DNA of 64,000 bases, taken from positions 18,418 through 82,417 of the IMG/VR virus record IMGVR_UViG_3300036860_000542. One strand, written 5' to 3'. Under the pieces are notes generated by a model, which did not search any database, was not told the DNA's origin, and saw only the letters and a list, made by a program, of their open reading frames with translations. This document shows, one piece after another, positions 46,804-55,252 of this stretch (the stretch's first letter is position 1; each line of letters opens with the position of its first letter). This DNA comes from a virus. Made by a program: the position numbers and the translations under genes.

Positions 46804-47078
46804 ACAAACCCCTGCACTACGCGAAGCTCGTGCTTGACGCCTGGCCGCACCTGCGTGCGGTCATCGCCGACATGCGCGGGAAGGATCTTCCACACGACGC
46901 GGCCATCGCCGCTGGCGTCGCTGCCCTCGCGGCGATCATGGATCAACTAGATGATGTTGCGACCGGCAAGAAGTTGGCCGAAGAGGCTGAAGGCAAGATT
47001 CATGACGTCGCCCAAATTTTTCAGAGGACAGACAGCGAGATCGATCGTCTGATCGTCAAGAAGTTCCCGGAGAAGTAA
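46800..47078 (+). CDS. Hypothetical helical protein
   Basis: Operonic overlap. Confidence 0.55.
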   Translation: MNKPLHYAKLVLDAWPHLRAVIADMRGKDLPHDAAIAAGVAALAAIMDQLDDVATGKKLAEEAEGKIHDVAQIFQRTDSEIDRLIVKKFPEK

Positions 47079-47082
47079 GAAA

Positions 47083-47550
47083 ATGCAATCGCGGGCGCGC
47101 TGGCCAAAGACCTGTACGAAGTGCGGTAGTCATGGACCATTCTATAAAGACCGGACGAAGCGAGACGGATTTCATTCGGAGTGTAAGGCTTGTACTCATG
47201 AACTGATATACGCTCGTCCTATCAGCCCAGCTCAAAGGCATAGGAAGAACGAGACCACCAGAGCGTGGCGACGCAAGCACCCAAAGCTGCTAAGAGACTA
47301 CCAACTACGAGTGTTGTACGGCCTAACCTATGCACAGTTCGAACAGCTCTTGAAAAAGCAAAGAGGTCGTTGTGCGATCTGTAGAAGGGCTCTCAATTTC
47401 AAGACCGGGGCTGTGGATCACGATCACAAGACGGGTAAGATTCGTGGGATCTTGTGCATCAAGTGCAATACGGGCCTGGGGATGTTTCAGGATAGTCGTC
47501 GCTTGTGTCTCGCGGCTGTTCGCTATTTGGGGCATAAGCGTGGAAAGTGA
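47083..47550 (+). CDS. HNH / endonuclease VII-type homing endonuclease
   Basis: CTKC..CKAC, YGLT..CAIC..VDHDHKTGKIRGILCIKCN.GLG; AT-richer than neighbours. Confidence 0.9.
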   Translation: MQSRARWPKTCTKCGSHGPFYKDRTKRDGFHSECKACTHELIYARPISPAQRHRKNETTRAWRRKHPKLLRDYQLRVLYGLTYAQFEQLLKKQRGRCAICRRALNFKTGAVDHDHKTGKIRGILCIKCNTGLGMFQDSRRLCLAAVRYLGHKRGK

Positions 47551-47755
47551 CTCGTCACCGGACGAGTTGAAGGCTCGTCGTGGCAAGGTGCATGAAGACG
47601 GTCACCGTCTCGAGCTCGTCTACTTGGTCCCCAAGGGGGAGACCGGTGAACCCCGGCGCTACTGGCGTTGCCTTGACTGCCCTCTAGCCAAGATGGACGT
47701 GGATGACATCGCCGCCTAGTTGCGGACCGCAAGCCGAACCTGCTATCCTCTGTAC

Positions 47756-48163
47756 ATGCCTCGCAGAGCCGAAGATTTCGACGAAGAGGAAGACTTCGAA
47801 GACGACGAATACGACCTGTCCGACGTCGTGGACGAAGCACTCGAACACCCTCGAGTCCGGCGTGTCTTCGATATGTTGACAGAAACTCTCGACCGCGCCG
47901 GCCAGTTGATCGACAAGGTGTCGAGAGGTTCTATCCCCAAGCACGCTCCCCCCGCCCAACCCCAAGCCCAGAAAAAACTCTTGAACCCCTACCTCGTTCT
48001 GGGCTTCAACCCCCATCAACCGTTGACCGAAGACATGATCAAGACCCGTAGGCGTCGCTTGGCCGAGATCTACCATCCCGACAAGCCGGGCGGAGACGTT
48101 GAGGCCATGAAGATGGTGACGGCCGCCGCCGACATGCTGCTGAAGAAGTTGAAGACGGAATGA
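47756..48163 (+). CDS. J-domain (DnaJ-like) protein
   Basis: NPYLVLG..IKTRRRRLAEIYHPDKPGGD..M..V.AA. Confidence 0.88.
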   Translation: MPRRAEDFDEEEDFEDDEYDLSDVVDEALEHPRVRRVFDMLTETLDRAGQLIDKVSRGSIPKHAPPAQPQAQKKLLNPYLVLGFNPHQPLTEDMIKTRRRRLAEIYHPDKPGGDVEAMKMVTAAADMLLKKLKTE

Positions 48164-48172
48164 GTATCCGGG

Positions 48173-48367
48173 CTAGCCGTAGGGACTCTGGTTCCAGGGC
48201 GCGAGGGAAATACCAAGGCGTTTTGCCTTCGCGTAGATGGCGCCCTCGCTTCGACCGAGCTTGAGTCCGATGATCCGTGTCGGGGTGTTCTTCTTGGCGA
48301 GCACACGTAGCATTTTCTCGGACGACTTGGACCACCTCTTCCCCGTATTCCGCATGTACTTAGACAT
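48173..48367 (-). CDS. Small conserved HTH-like protein
   Basis: RNTGKRW..NTPTRIIGLKLGRS..GISL.P.NQSPY. Confidence 0.7.
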   Translation of the reverse strand: MSKYMRNTGKRWSKSSEKMLRVLAKKNTPTRIIGLKLGRSEGAIYAKAKRLGISLAPWNQSPYG

Positions 48368-48433
48368 GATCCACCTCCGTTGCCGGAGTCTAACACGAGA
48401 AGTTGCGCTGGGTTGAGGAAGCCGTTCTTGAAG

Positions 48434-48463
48434 TTGACCCACTGCCATCCAACCCTCTATACT
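48434..48463 (+). promoter_or_regulatory. Sigma70-like promoter for the entry/spike operon
   Basis: TTGACC-N18-TATACT. Confidence 0.6.
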
Positions 48464-48495
48464 TACTGTGTTCTCCGGTAGAAAGCCCCTCAGGG

Positions 48496-48996
48496 GTGCG
48501 AAACAAGCTCTGGTGGTTCGCAGGTGGCGGTGTCTTGGTCATGCTGTACCTCTGGTACCGGCGTGGCTACAAGGTCGTGCGCTATGTGCCTGGCTCCGCC
48601 TCCCAGATCACCCTCTTCCAGCAGGCAGCCGCCAAGGTGGGTCTACCGACGTCCTGGGCGAGCTCCAACGGCCTCATCCAGCTCCTCAAGCACGAGAGCG
48701 ACGGTTGGGTGGGCCGCCCGAACTACACCTACGGGCCACGGGCCTCGAACAAGAGCCTCTGGGGTACCGTCGTTGCTGAGCTACGCGCCGGCATCCAGTC
48801 CGCGAAGGCATCGGCCTCCGGCCTGGGCCAGTTGCTCTTGACCAACGTCGAGACGTACTACCCATCGGGCCGGCAAGGCGTCGGTGTCCCGATCGAAGAA
48901 GCGGCTGGCATGCTGCGCTACATCAAGAGTCGCTACGGAGACCCCGACCGTGCCTGGGCCTTGCGAGGCGCAAGCGGCGAGTACCACGGGTACTAA
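48496..48996 (+). CDS. Membrane-anchored lytic transglycosylase (SLT-like)
   Basis: N-terminal TM; HES catalytic Glu; ASGLGQ; RYIKSRYG. Confidence 0.8.
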   Translation: MRNKLWWFAGGGVLVMLYLWYRRGYKVVRYVPGSASQITLFQQAAAKVGLPTSWASSNGLIQLLKHESDGWVGRPNYTYGPRASNKSLWGTVVAELRAGIQSAKASASGLGQLLLTNVETYYPSGRQGVGVPIEEAAGMLRYIKSRYGDPDRAWALRGASGEYHGY

Positions 48997-49005
48997 GGAG
49001 ACCAG

Positions 49006-49407
49006 ATGGCTACCTCAACTCAGATCTACACGTACACCACCCAACCGGGGGTCACGCAGCTCTTCCGTCGTGCGCTGCCGGATGAGTGGCTCGAGATCAT
49101 CCTGCGTTTGGAAACCGCTGGGCCCGTGGCCATCGGTCACCTAGAGGAGCTAGCACCAGTCCAGTCGGGCCGTGGACGGCTCCTACCGTCCAACGAGGAC
49201 ATAATCGTCAAACTCTCTCCGAGCTCGACCTTGTACATCCTGTCGGCTGGCATCGATCGGGTGAGCATCGAGATCAACGCCATTCCCGGTCTCGAGGATC
49301 TCCTGAAGGCAATCGGTGCCTCCTCCGGTCACGCCAACCAGGGGAGCAGCGAGAAGGTCAACATCGGCGGCTTCGGATTCGAGATGCCGAAGAAGAGGAC
49401 GAGGTAA
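49006..49407 (+). CDS. Small beta-rich putative virion (vertex) protein
   Basis: AAGGAG RBS; alternating beta pattern. Confidence 0.55.
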   Translation: MATSTQIYTYTTQPGVTQLFRRALPDEWLEIILRLETAGPVAIGHLEELAPVQSGRGRLLPSNEDIIVKLSPSSTLYILSAGIDRVSIEINAIPGLEDLLKAIGASSGHANQGSSEKVNIGGFGFEMPKKRTR

Positions 49408-49410
49408 GTC

Positions 49411-50292
49411 ATGTCCACGGATCTCAGCCAGCTCGTAGCTACCGGGGCGCAGTACGTCCGCCTGGAATCTACTCTTGGCGGATTCTTCGGTGGTCAACCG
49501 CTTGGTTGGGCTGATCTGCCGCAGATCGGCGTCTTCTACTTCCGGGCGTACATGAACGCAAGCATTGCGGCATTGACGATCGATCCCGACTCCGATTGGC
49601 CGTGGGTCGGTGTCCGTGGGCCGGCTGGGAACAACCTGCAGCTCACCGGGCCCGCACCGAACACCGGTCTGGCGATCGTCGGCAGCCCAATGTTGTCCCA
49701 GATCGTCTCCGCCGATATCCCTGCGGCGCAGCGGGTGAGTCCATACGCCGCCGCTGGTCCCTACGGCGCCAACATCGCGGCATTGACCACCGCTCCCAGA
49801 GAGATCTTCGGAACTGGCAGCAATTTCCCGATCGACATCAACGACACCGATTTCTACACCTACTGGGACAACTCTCTCGCCAACGATGGTTTCCCTGGCG
49901 GACTCATCCTTCGTTGCACGGTCTGGTTCGCACCTCTTCCGCCGCTGGCCGTCTTCCCGCTCCGTCGCTACAACTGGCAGTCGGACAATACCTTCGCCAT
50001 CACCGGAGGCGGCGCCACCGACATCTGCGGGAAGATCCCCATGTTCGGACGGCACGGCTGCACGGCGTGTTCCTCGGAAGGTACGGCTGGCGACATCATC
50101 ACCGTGAAGGGTGTGAAGTGGAACACCGGCGGTGGTATCCAGAAGCCCACACTCTTCACGGTCACCGTTCCGGCTTCTGGATCGTGGTCGTTCGAGATCA
50201 CCGACAACCTCTACGACGCCATCGAGATCAATGTGACAGCGGCCGGCGGCGCCACCACGATGCGCATCTACGCCGAGGCGTGGGACAGGTGA
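49411..50292 (+). CDS. Beta-rich putative virion protein
   Basis: G/T/A-rich, all-beta character; operonic. Confidence 0.55.
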   Translation: MSTDLSQLVATGAQYVRLESTLGGFFGGQPLGWADLPQIGVFYFRAYMNASIAALTIDPDSDWPWVGVRGPAGNNLQLTGPAPNTGLAIVGSPMLSQIVSADIPAAQRVSPYAAAGPYGANIAALTTAPREIFGTGSNFPIDINDTDFYTYWDNSLANDGFPGGLILRCTVWFAPLPPLAVFPLRRYNWQSDNTFAITGGGATDICGKIPMFGRHGCTACSSEGTAGDIITVKGVKWNTGGGIQKPTLFTVTVPASGSWSFEITDNLYDAIEINVTAAGGATTMRIYAEAWDR

Positions 50293-50296
50293 TCGG

Positions 50297-50917
50297 ATGC
50301 CATCCTTCCCCATCTTCAGCCGCCCGATCCTGAACGCCGCCAGCAAGCTCATGGTCTCGAGCGGCTGGGGCGCGGACCGCTCGTACCGTGGCGGCGTTCA
50401 CAACGGCCTCGACGCACCAGCCAAGGTCGGAACGCCGGTCCGTGCCGCTGCTGGCGGCACGGTGGTTGATGTAGCCGACTGGGGCTCCAACGGCGGCAAG
50501 GCGGTCGTCATCGAGCATCTGCCCGGTCTGAAGACCAGGTACCTGCACCTGGACCGACAGCTCGTAAAGAGAGGACAAAGCGTCGGTCGCGACCAACTCA
50601 TCGGCTACTCGGGCGCTACTGGCATCGCGGCGTCCGCCGCGCATCTCCACTTCGACATCCGCGGCACGCAGCCGTGGGTGGACGAGTACACCCGTCGCTT
50701 CGGAAGACCCAACCCATGGCCGGGCGAGATCACGTCTGGCGGCTATGGTATTCCTGGTGAACCCTTCTTCCCAGTGGACATTTGGATGCCTGGTGTCTTG
50801 GCGAACGCCAAGAGCCGGGGCGTGCCGATCGGCACAGCGCTAGGTGTAGGCGGCATCGTGGTCGGTCTGAGTCTGGTGGTGTTCGGGGTCTACTGGCTTC
50901 TTGCGAGGCGCAAGTAG
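50297..50917 (+). CDS. M23 peptidase with C-terminal membrane anchor
   Basis: HNGLD, YLHL, GATG..AHLHF; ends in TM plus RRK. Confidence 0.92.
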   Translation: MPSFPIFSRPILNAASKLMVSSGWGADRSYRGGVHNGLDAPAKVGTPVRAAAGGTVVDVADWGSNGGKAVVIEHLPGLKTRYLHLDRQLVKRGQSVGRDQLIGYSGATGIAASAAHLHFDIRGTQPWVDEYTRRFGRPNPWPGEITSGGYGIPGEPFFPVDIWMPGVLANAKSRGVPIGTALGVGGIVVGLSLVVFGVYWLLARRK

Positions 50918-50918
50918 A

Positions 50919-52019
50919 ATGGCGACTGAAGTCAACGGTGAGCTCCTAATCAACCTGAAGGAAGCTTTGGGCAGCGCCGCCGCTATTCCAGTCACCGGCA
51001 CGCTCACAGAGATCCCGCTCACGACTGGGATCACGACTACCACGGTTCGGATTCCGACCCAGACCGTCAACACCATCTTGAAGGCCGCCGATCCCAACCG
51101 GGTCGGTTGCACGATCTTCAACAACTCGACCGCCAACATGTACGTGAAGTTCGGGGCAACCGCTTCGATCGGGGCTGGCACGGAGTCGTTCACGAGGCAG
51201 ATCCTCCCCAACGGCTACTATGAGGTCCCCTTCTTCTACACAGGCAGGATCGACGCGATCTGGGATGCCGCCGACGCCACCGGCGAGGCGTTGATCACCG
51301 AGAGGTTCACCGGCTTCTCACCGCTCTCCGTACCCAGTTCCGAGTTCTGGTTCAAGGCGGACCAGGCCGTCACCAACCCGGGCGGCGCCACTCCCTTCTG
51401 GGGAGACAGCTCTGGCAAGAACCGGAACCTGGCGCAAGCCACCGCCGCAGATCAGCCCACGCAAGTGGCGTTCGTCTTCAACAACGTCTACCCTGCGATT
51501 CGGTTCGGCACCGCGCCAACAGACAACTGGCTGGGGTTTGTAACCTCGTTCACCACTCCGAACATCGTGGCGATCTACGCAGTCATCAAGATGGTGACCA
51601 CAAACGATTACCAGATCTTCTTCCACGTCAATGGAAGCGGCCCTGCATCCTACCTGGGAGGAGACGGAGCGGACTTCGCCAGGAACCGGCCCGCACTGTA
51701 CACCATCAATGGAGACGTGGCCGTGTGGGGCTCAGACCTGGTCAATGGGACTTTCTACGTCGTGAAGTGGTCCTATGATTTGTCCGGTGGTGTGACTGAG
51801 AGTTACGCCACACAGGTGAACGACGGGACACCTGTCACCGGCACGTCACCGAACATCGGTCCTGGCAGTTACATAAGCTTGGGACTCAACCCAGCTGTGG
51901 CTGGGAACCAAGATCTTCTATCGGACGTTGGAGAGCTCGTAATGTACAGCGCGATGCCTTCTGCAGCCGACGAGCAGTTGCTGTTCGACTACTTCAACGC
52001 GAAGTACGGGATCTTCTAA
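50919..52019 (+). CDS. Spike/vertex protein paralogue A (shared N-domain plus LamG/ConA-like head)
   Basis: Shared ~135-aa N-terminus; FWFKAD..WGDSSG..ELVMYS..Y.NAKYGI. Confidence 0.7.
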   Translation: MATEVNGELLINLKEALGSAAAIPVTGTLTEIPLTTGITTTTVRIPTQTVNTILKAADPNRVGCTIFNNSTANMYVKFGATASIGAGTESFTRQILPNGYYEVPFFYTGRIDAIWDAADATGEALITERFTGFSPLSVPSSEFWFKADQAVTNPGGATPFWGDSSGKNRNLAQATAADQPTQVAFVFNNVYPAIRFGTAPTDNWLGFVTSFTTPNIVAIYAVIKMVTTNDYQIFFHVNGSGPASYLGGDGADFARNRPALYTINGDVAVWGSDLVNGTFYVVKWSYDLSGGVTESYATQVNDGTPVTGTSPNIGPGSYISLGLNPAVAGNQDLLSDVGELVMYSAMPSAADEQLLFDYFNAKYGIF

Positions 52020-53089
52020 TGGGCACTGAAGTCAACAACGAGCTCCTGATCAACCTGGTCGAAGCCTTCGGCGGCGCGGTCGCTGTGCCTGTCTCTGGGA
52101 CGATCACGATCGTTCCACTCACGACGGGCATCACCACCATCTCGTCCAGACAGCCGGTCTCGACAACCAACGTGACCTTGAAGGTCGCCAACCCGAACCG
52201 GACCGGGTGTGCCATCTACAACAACTCCGTGACCAACCTCTTCGTGAAGTTCGGGGCGACGGCTTCGATCGGTGCAGGCACTGAGTCGTTCACCCGTAGG
52301 ATCGGGCCGAACGAATACTACGAGGTCCCGTTCTTCTACACGGGAAGAATCGACGCGATCTGGGACGGCGCAGACGCCACTGGCGAAGCCGTCATGCTCG
52401 AACGCTTCACCGGAACCCTCACCCCAGACCTGATCGCAGGTCTCGTGGACTGGCATCGGGCAGACGCGGCCAACGTCACCCTGGTGGGCTCGAACGTCGA
52501 TACTTGGCTGGACAGCTCTGGGAACGGTCACACGCTGCAGCAGACAACGGACGCCAACCGACTCGCTTACGTGGCGAGCGGAATCAACGGCATGCCGATG
52601 TTGCAGGGTGACTCCACTGGATGGATGCCGTACTCGGCTGTGTGGTTGAGTCCAACCAACGGGACGACCTTCGGCGTCTTCCGTTACGCTACTGATGCGG
52701 ACTACCAGATCTTCCTGTACGCCTTGAGCCATCCATCGTTGTATCTGGGTGGAAGCGGTGCTGTAGACAAGCCGCTCATCTTCATCGACGCGAACCGAGC
52801 AATCTGGTCTTCAGCCTTAACCAACGGGACGGATTACCTGATCAAGTACGGGTGGGAATTCGGTGCAGCCACGAACATCTACACGCAGGTCGGCGCCGGC
52901 ACTGAGGTGTCGCAGACGATCGGCACGTTTGCGGCTATGAACATGCAGTCCCTGTCACTTGATCCTGGCATAGTCGGGGATCAACAGATGCTCAGCGCCT
53001 GCGCTGAATACTTCACCTACAACCGTCGCCTGAGTCCTTCGGAGGACGCCGCGATCAGGACGTACATCAACGGGCGGTACGCGATCTAA
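52019..53089 (+). CDS. Spike/vertex protein paralogue B (shared N-domain plus LamG/ConA-like head)
   Basis: Shared N-terminus; WHRAD..WLDSSG..EYFTYNRRLS..YINGRYAI. Confidence 0.7.
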   Translation: MGTEVNNELLINLVEAFGGAVAVPVSGTITIVPLTTGITTISSRQPVSTTNVTLKVANPNRTGCAIYNNSVTNLFVKFGATASIGAGTESFTRRIGPNEYYEVPFFYTGRIDAIWDGADATGEAVMLERFTGTLTPDLIAGLVDWHRADAANVTLVGSNVDTWLDSSGNGHTLQQTTDANRLAYVASGINGMPMLQGDSTGWMPYSAVWLSPTNGTTFGVFRYATDADYQIFLYALSHPSLYLGGSGAVDKPLIFIDANRAIWSSALTNGTDYLIKYGWEFGAATNIYTQVGAGTEVSQTIGTFAAMNMQSLSLDPGIVGDQQMLSACAEYFTYNRRLSPSEDAAIRTYINGRYAI

Positions 53090-53100
53090 AGGAGAGTAGG

Positions 53101-53493
53101 ATGGCAACCGAAGTAAACAACGAAACACTGGTGAACCTGAAGACGGCGCTGGGCAGCGATACCGCTCTGCCGATCTCAGGGACGGTGACGTCCATCCCGC
53201 AGACCTCCGCAACCGGTACGGTCACCCGGAAGGCGACCAGCGCCGCCAACCAGACCCTCCTAGCGGCAAACGCGAGTCGCAAGGGGGCCACCATCGAGAA
53301 CAACTCCCAGCTCACCAATCTGTTCGTGAAGTTGGGGGCCACCGCCTCGATCACTGCTGGATCGGAGTCGTACACGGTCCGCATCCCGCCGAACGGCTAC
53401 TACGAGGTGCCGTTCAACTACACGGACATCATCGACGGCATCTCGGATGGCGCCGATGCCGCTGGCGAAGCCCTCGTGACGGAGTTGACGTAA
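53101..53493 (+). CDS. Spike/vertex protein paralogue C (N-domain only)
   Basis: MATEVNNE..R.GATI.NNS..NLFVKLGATAS..PNGYYEVPF. Confidence 0.7.
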   Translation: MATEVNNETLVNLKTALGSDTALPISGTVTSIPQTSATGTVTRKATSAANQTLLAANASRKGATIENNSQLTNLFVKLGATASITAGSESYTVRIPPNGYYEVPFNYTDIIDGISDGADAAGEALVTELT

Positions 53494-53494
53494 G

Positions 53495-54355
53495 ATGCCG
53501 CTCTTCTACTCGCCGGGTGTGTTCCGAGGTCCTGGTGGAATCGTCCAACTCGAGGTGTCTACCGACTTCGTCTACATCGGTCCCTACGAGACGCCGACGC
53601 TCACTACCGCGCAACTTGGAGTGTTTCATGCCAGCGACGCCTCGTTCGTTGTTCGTAACACGGGCGGCAACGTCGAGGGTGCGCTACGCGCCACTACGGT
53701 AGTCACCTTCGGCTCGGAGACCGCCCACGATTTGTACATCCGAGCGGGTGGAGCCAACCGCTGGCATGTCCTATCGGCTAGCGGCCACTTGGAGCCGGAC
53801 GCCGACCTTACCTACGACGTCGGCAACACGACCCACGAAGTCCGCAATCTCTACATTGGTGGTACCGGCGGCGCTGGCATCCTCTTCACCAACGCTGGGA
53901 CAAGCCTAACGGAGAACAGCGGCTTCCTGGTCTCCAGTGGCGGTGTCATCGCCAACAATGGTGCCTTGGGCTTCCGAGACGGTGGAGGTGGATTCACGTT
54001 CACGGTGTCGGCAGGTGTCGTGGACGTCAACGCCAATTCCTCCGGCAACCGGATGAAGATAACCGGCCAGATCGCAGCTGGAACTGCGGGCACCACGGCC
54101 GACGTCCTCCTGGCTTCAGGCGCTACCCGAACCGCCGGCTGGATCGTGAGAGTGGACAACAACACGACGCGCAAGTGGGGCATGAAGTTCGATGGTCGTG
54201 TGTTCGAATCGGTACCCAACTCGGCACCTACCGATGGCGACCTGCAAGCCTCCGAGGTCACCTGGTACACAGACGAGGCTGTAAACACTCTCTTGGCTCG
54301 AGTCAAGTACGCGGACGGTACGACGCTCAAGCTGGGCACTGTCGCCCTGGTATAA
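53495..54355 (+). CDS. Fibre/spike-like protein
   Basis: HLEPDADLTYDVG..VRNLY motif seen in phage fibres; G/T-rich. Confidence 0.6.
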   Translation: MPLFYSPGVFRGPGGIVQLEVSTDFVYIGPYETPTLTTAQLGVFHASDASFVVRNTGGNVEGALRATTVVTFGSETAHDLYIRAGGANRWHVLSASGHLEPDADLTYDVGNTTHEVRNLYIGGTGGAGILFTNAGTSLTENSGFLVSSGGVIANNGALGFRDGGGGFTFTVSAGVVDVNANSSGNRMKITGQIAAGTAGTTADVLLASGATRTAGWIVRVDNNTTRKWGMKFDGRVFESVPNSAPTDGDLQASEVTWYTDEAVNTLLARVKYADGTTLKLGTVALV

Positions 54356-54375
54356 AGGAGAAGGAGAAGGCTATC

Positions 54376-54579
54376 ATGTTCAAGAAGACGAAGAAGGCAG
54401 CTGTCACCCCCGCTGAATCGGCAGATTCTCCTGTTCTTCCTCCGATTCCCCCCACCCCGAAGATGGGGGTCATTCCAGGGAAGAACGGAACCCACCGGTA
54501 CCAGTGTCTTGGGTGTGGTGCTTGGGTTCAGGTCCTTGATGAGTTCTGTTCGCGCTGCACGGCGAAGAAGGATGCCTAA
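54376..54579 (+). CDS. Small Zn-ribbon protein
   Basis: CLGC..CSRC; AAGGAG RBS. Confidence 0.55.
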   Translation: MFKKTKKAAVTPAESADSPVLPPIPPTPKMGVIPGKNGTHRYQCLGCGAWVQVLDEFCSRCTAKKDA

Positions 54580-55243
54580 CTTCTACCGCTTCCTTCCTTG
54601 TCTGCGGATCGGCACGGACGGAGACTCCCTCGCTGGCCAGAGTCCCCCGGCTAACTGGCAGCAGTACCTCTACCAGACGCTATCGCAGAACACGAAGATG
54701 CAGATCCAGTTCGTCGGCTCCGACAACGGACCGCCTCCGATCTGGCTCAACACGCACCCAGGCAAACGAATCGACGAGATCGATACCCTTCTCACCACCA
54801 CGGACATTCCTCTCAACGAACCCGATCTGCTCATCTTGATGGCGGGGACGAACGACGCTCTTCAGGGCGCATCTTCCTCCACGATGCTAACGAGGACGGT
54901 GACTCTCCTCACCAATCTGTTCGCTTTCCGACCCGCGCTTCGAGTCGTGTACGCCAAGCCCCCTCCGCTTTCCCTAGCTGGCGCCGGAGTCACGCAGGCC
55001 AAGATCGATGCGATCGCAGCGTACGCGGCTGGGTTGACAGCGGCTTGGGCTTCCAGCAACTTCGGCAGACAGTTGCTCTCCATCGTGGACTGCTGGACAG
55101 GCTTCAACTCCGCCACGATGCTGGGAGACGGCATCCACCAGAACGAGCTTGGAGCCCGCTTCATCGCCAACGCGATGTTGGGACCAGGGGTTGGCCCTAT
55201 TGTGGACGCCTACGGCAGACAAGCGGATTCGATCAGCGTGTAG
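54572..55243 (+). CDS. SGNH/GDSL hydrolase (esterase)
   Basis: GDSL, GTND, DGIH blocks. Confidence 0.9.
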   Translation: MPNFYRFLPCLRIGTDGDSLAGQSPPANWQQYLYQTLSQNTKMQIQFVGSDNGPPPIWLNTHPGKRIDEIDTLLTTTDIPLNEPDLLILMAGTNDALQGASSSTMLTRTVTLLTNLFAFRPALRVVYAKPPPLSLAGAGVTQAKIDAIAAYAAGLTAAWASSNFGRQLLSIVDCWTGFNSATMLGDGIHQNELGARFIANAMLGPGVGPIVDAYGRQADSISV

Positions 55244-55252
55244 GAGGCTACG

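Noticed and set aside
50919-53493. Diversity-generating retroelement TR/VR pair
   Set aside because: The repeats are N-terminal paralogous coding regions with mostly synonymous, not adenine-specific, differences; no reverse transcriptase in the window.
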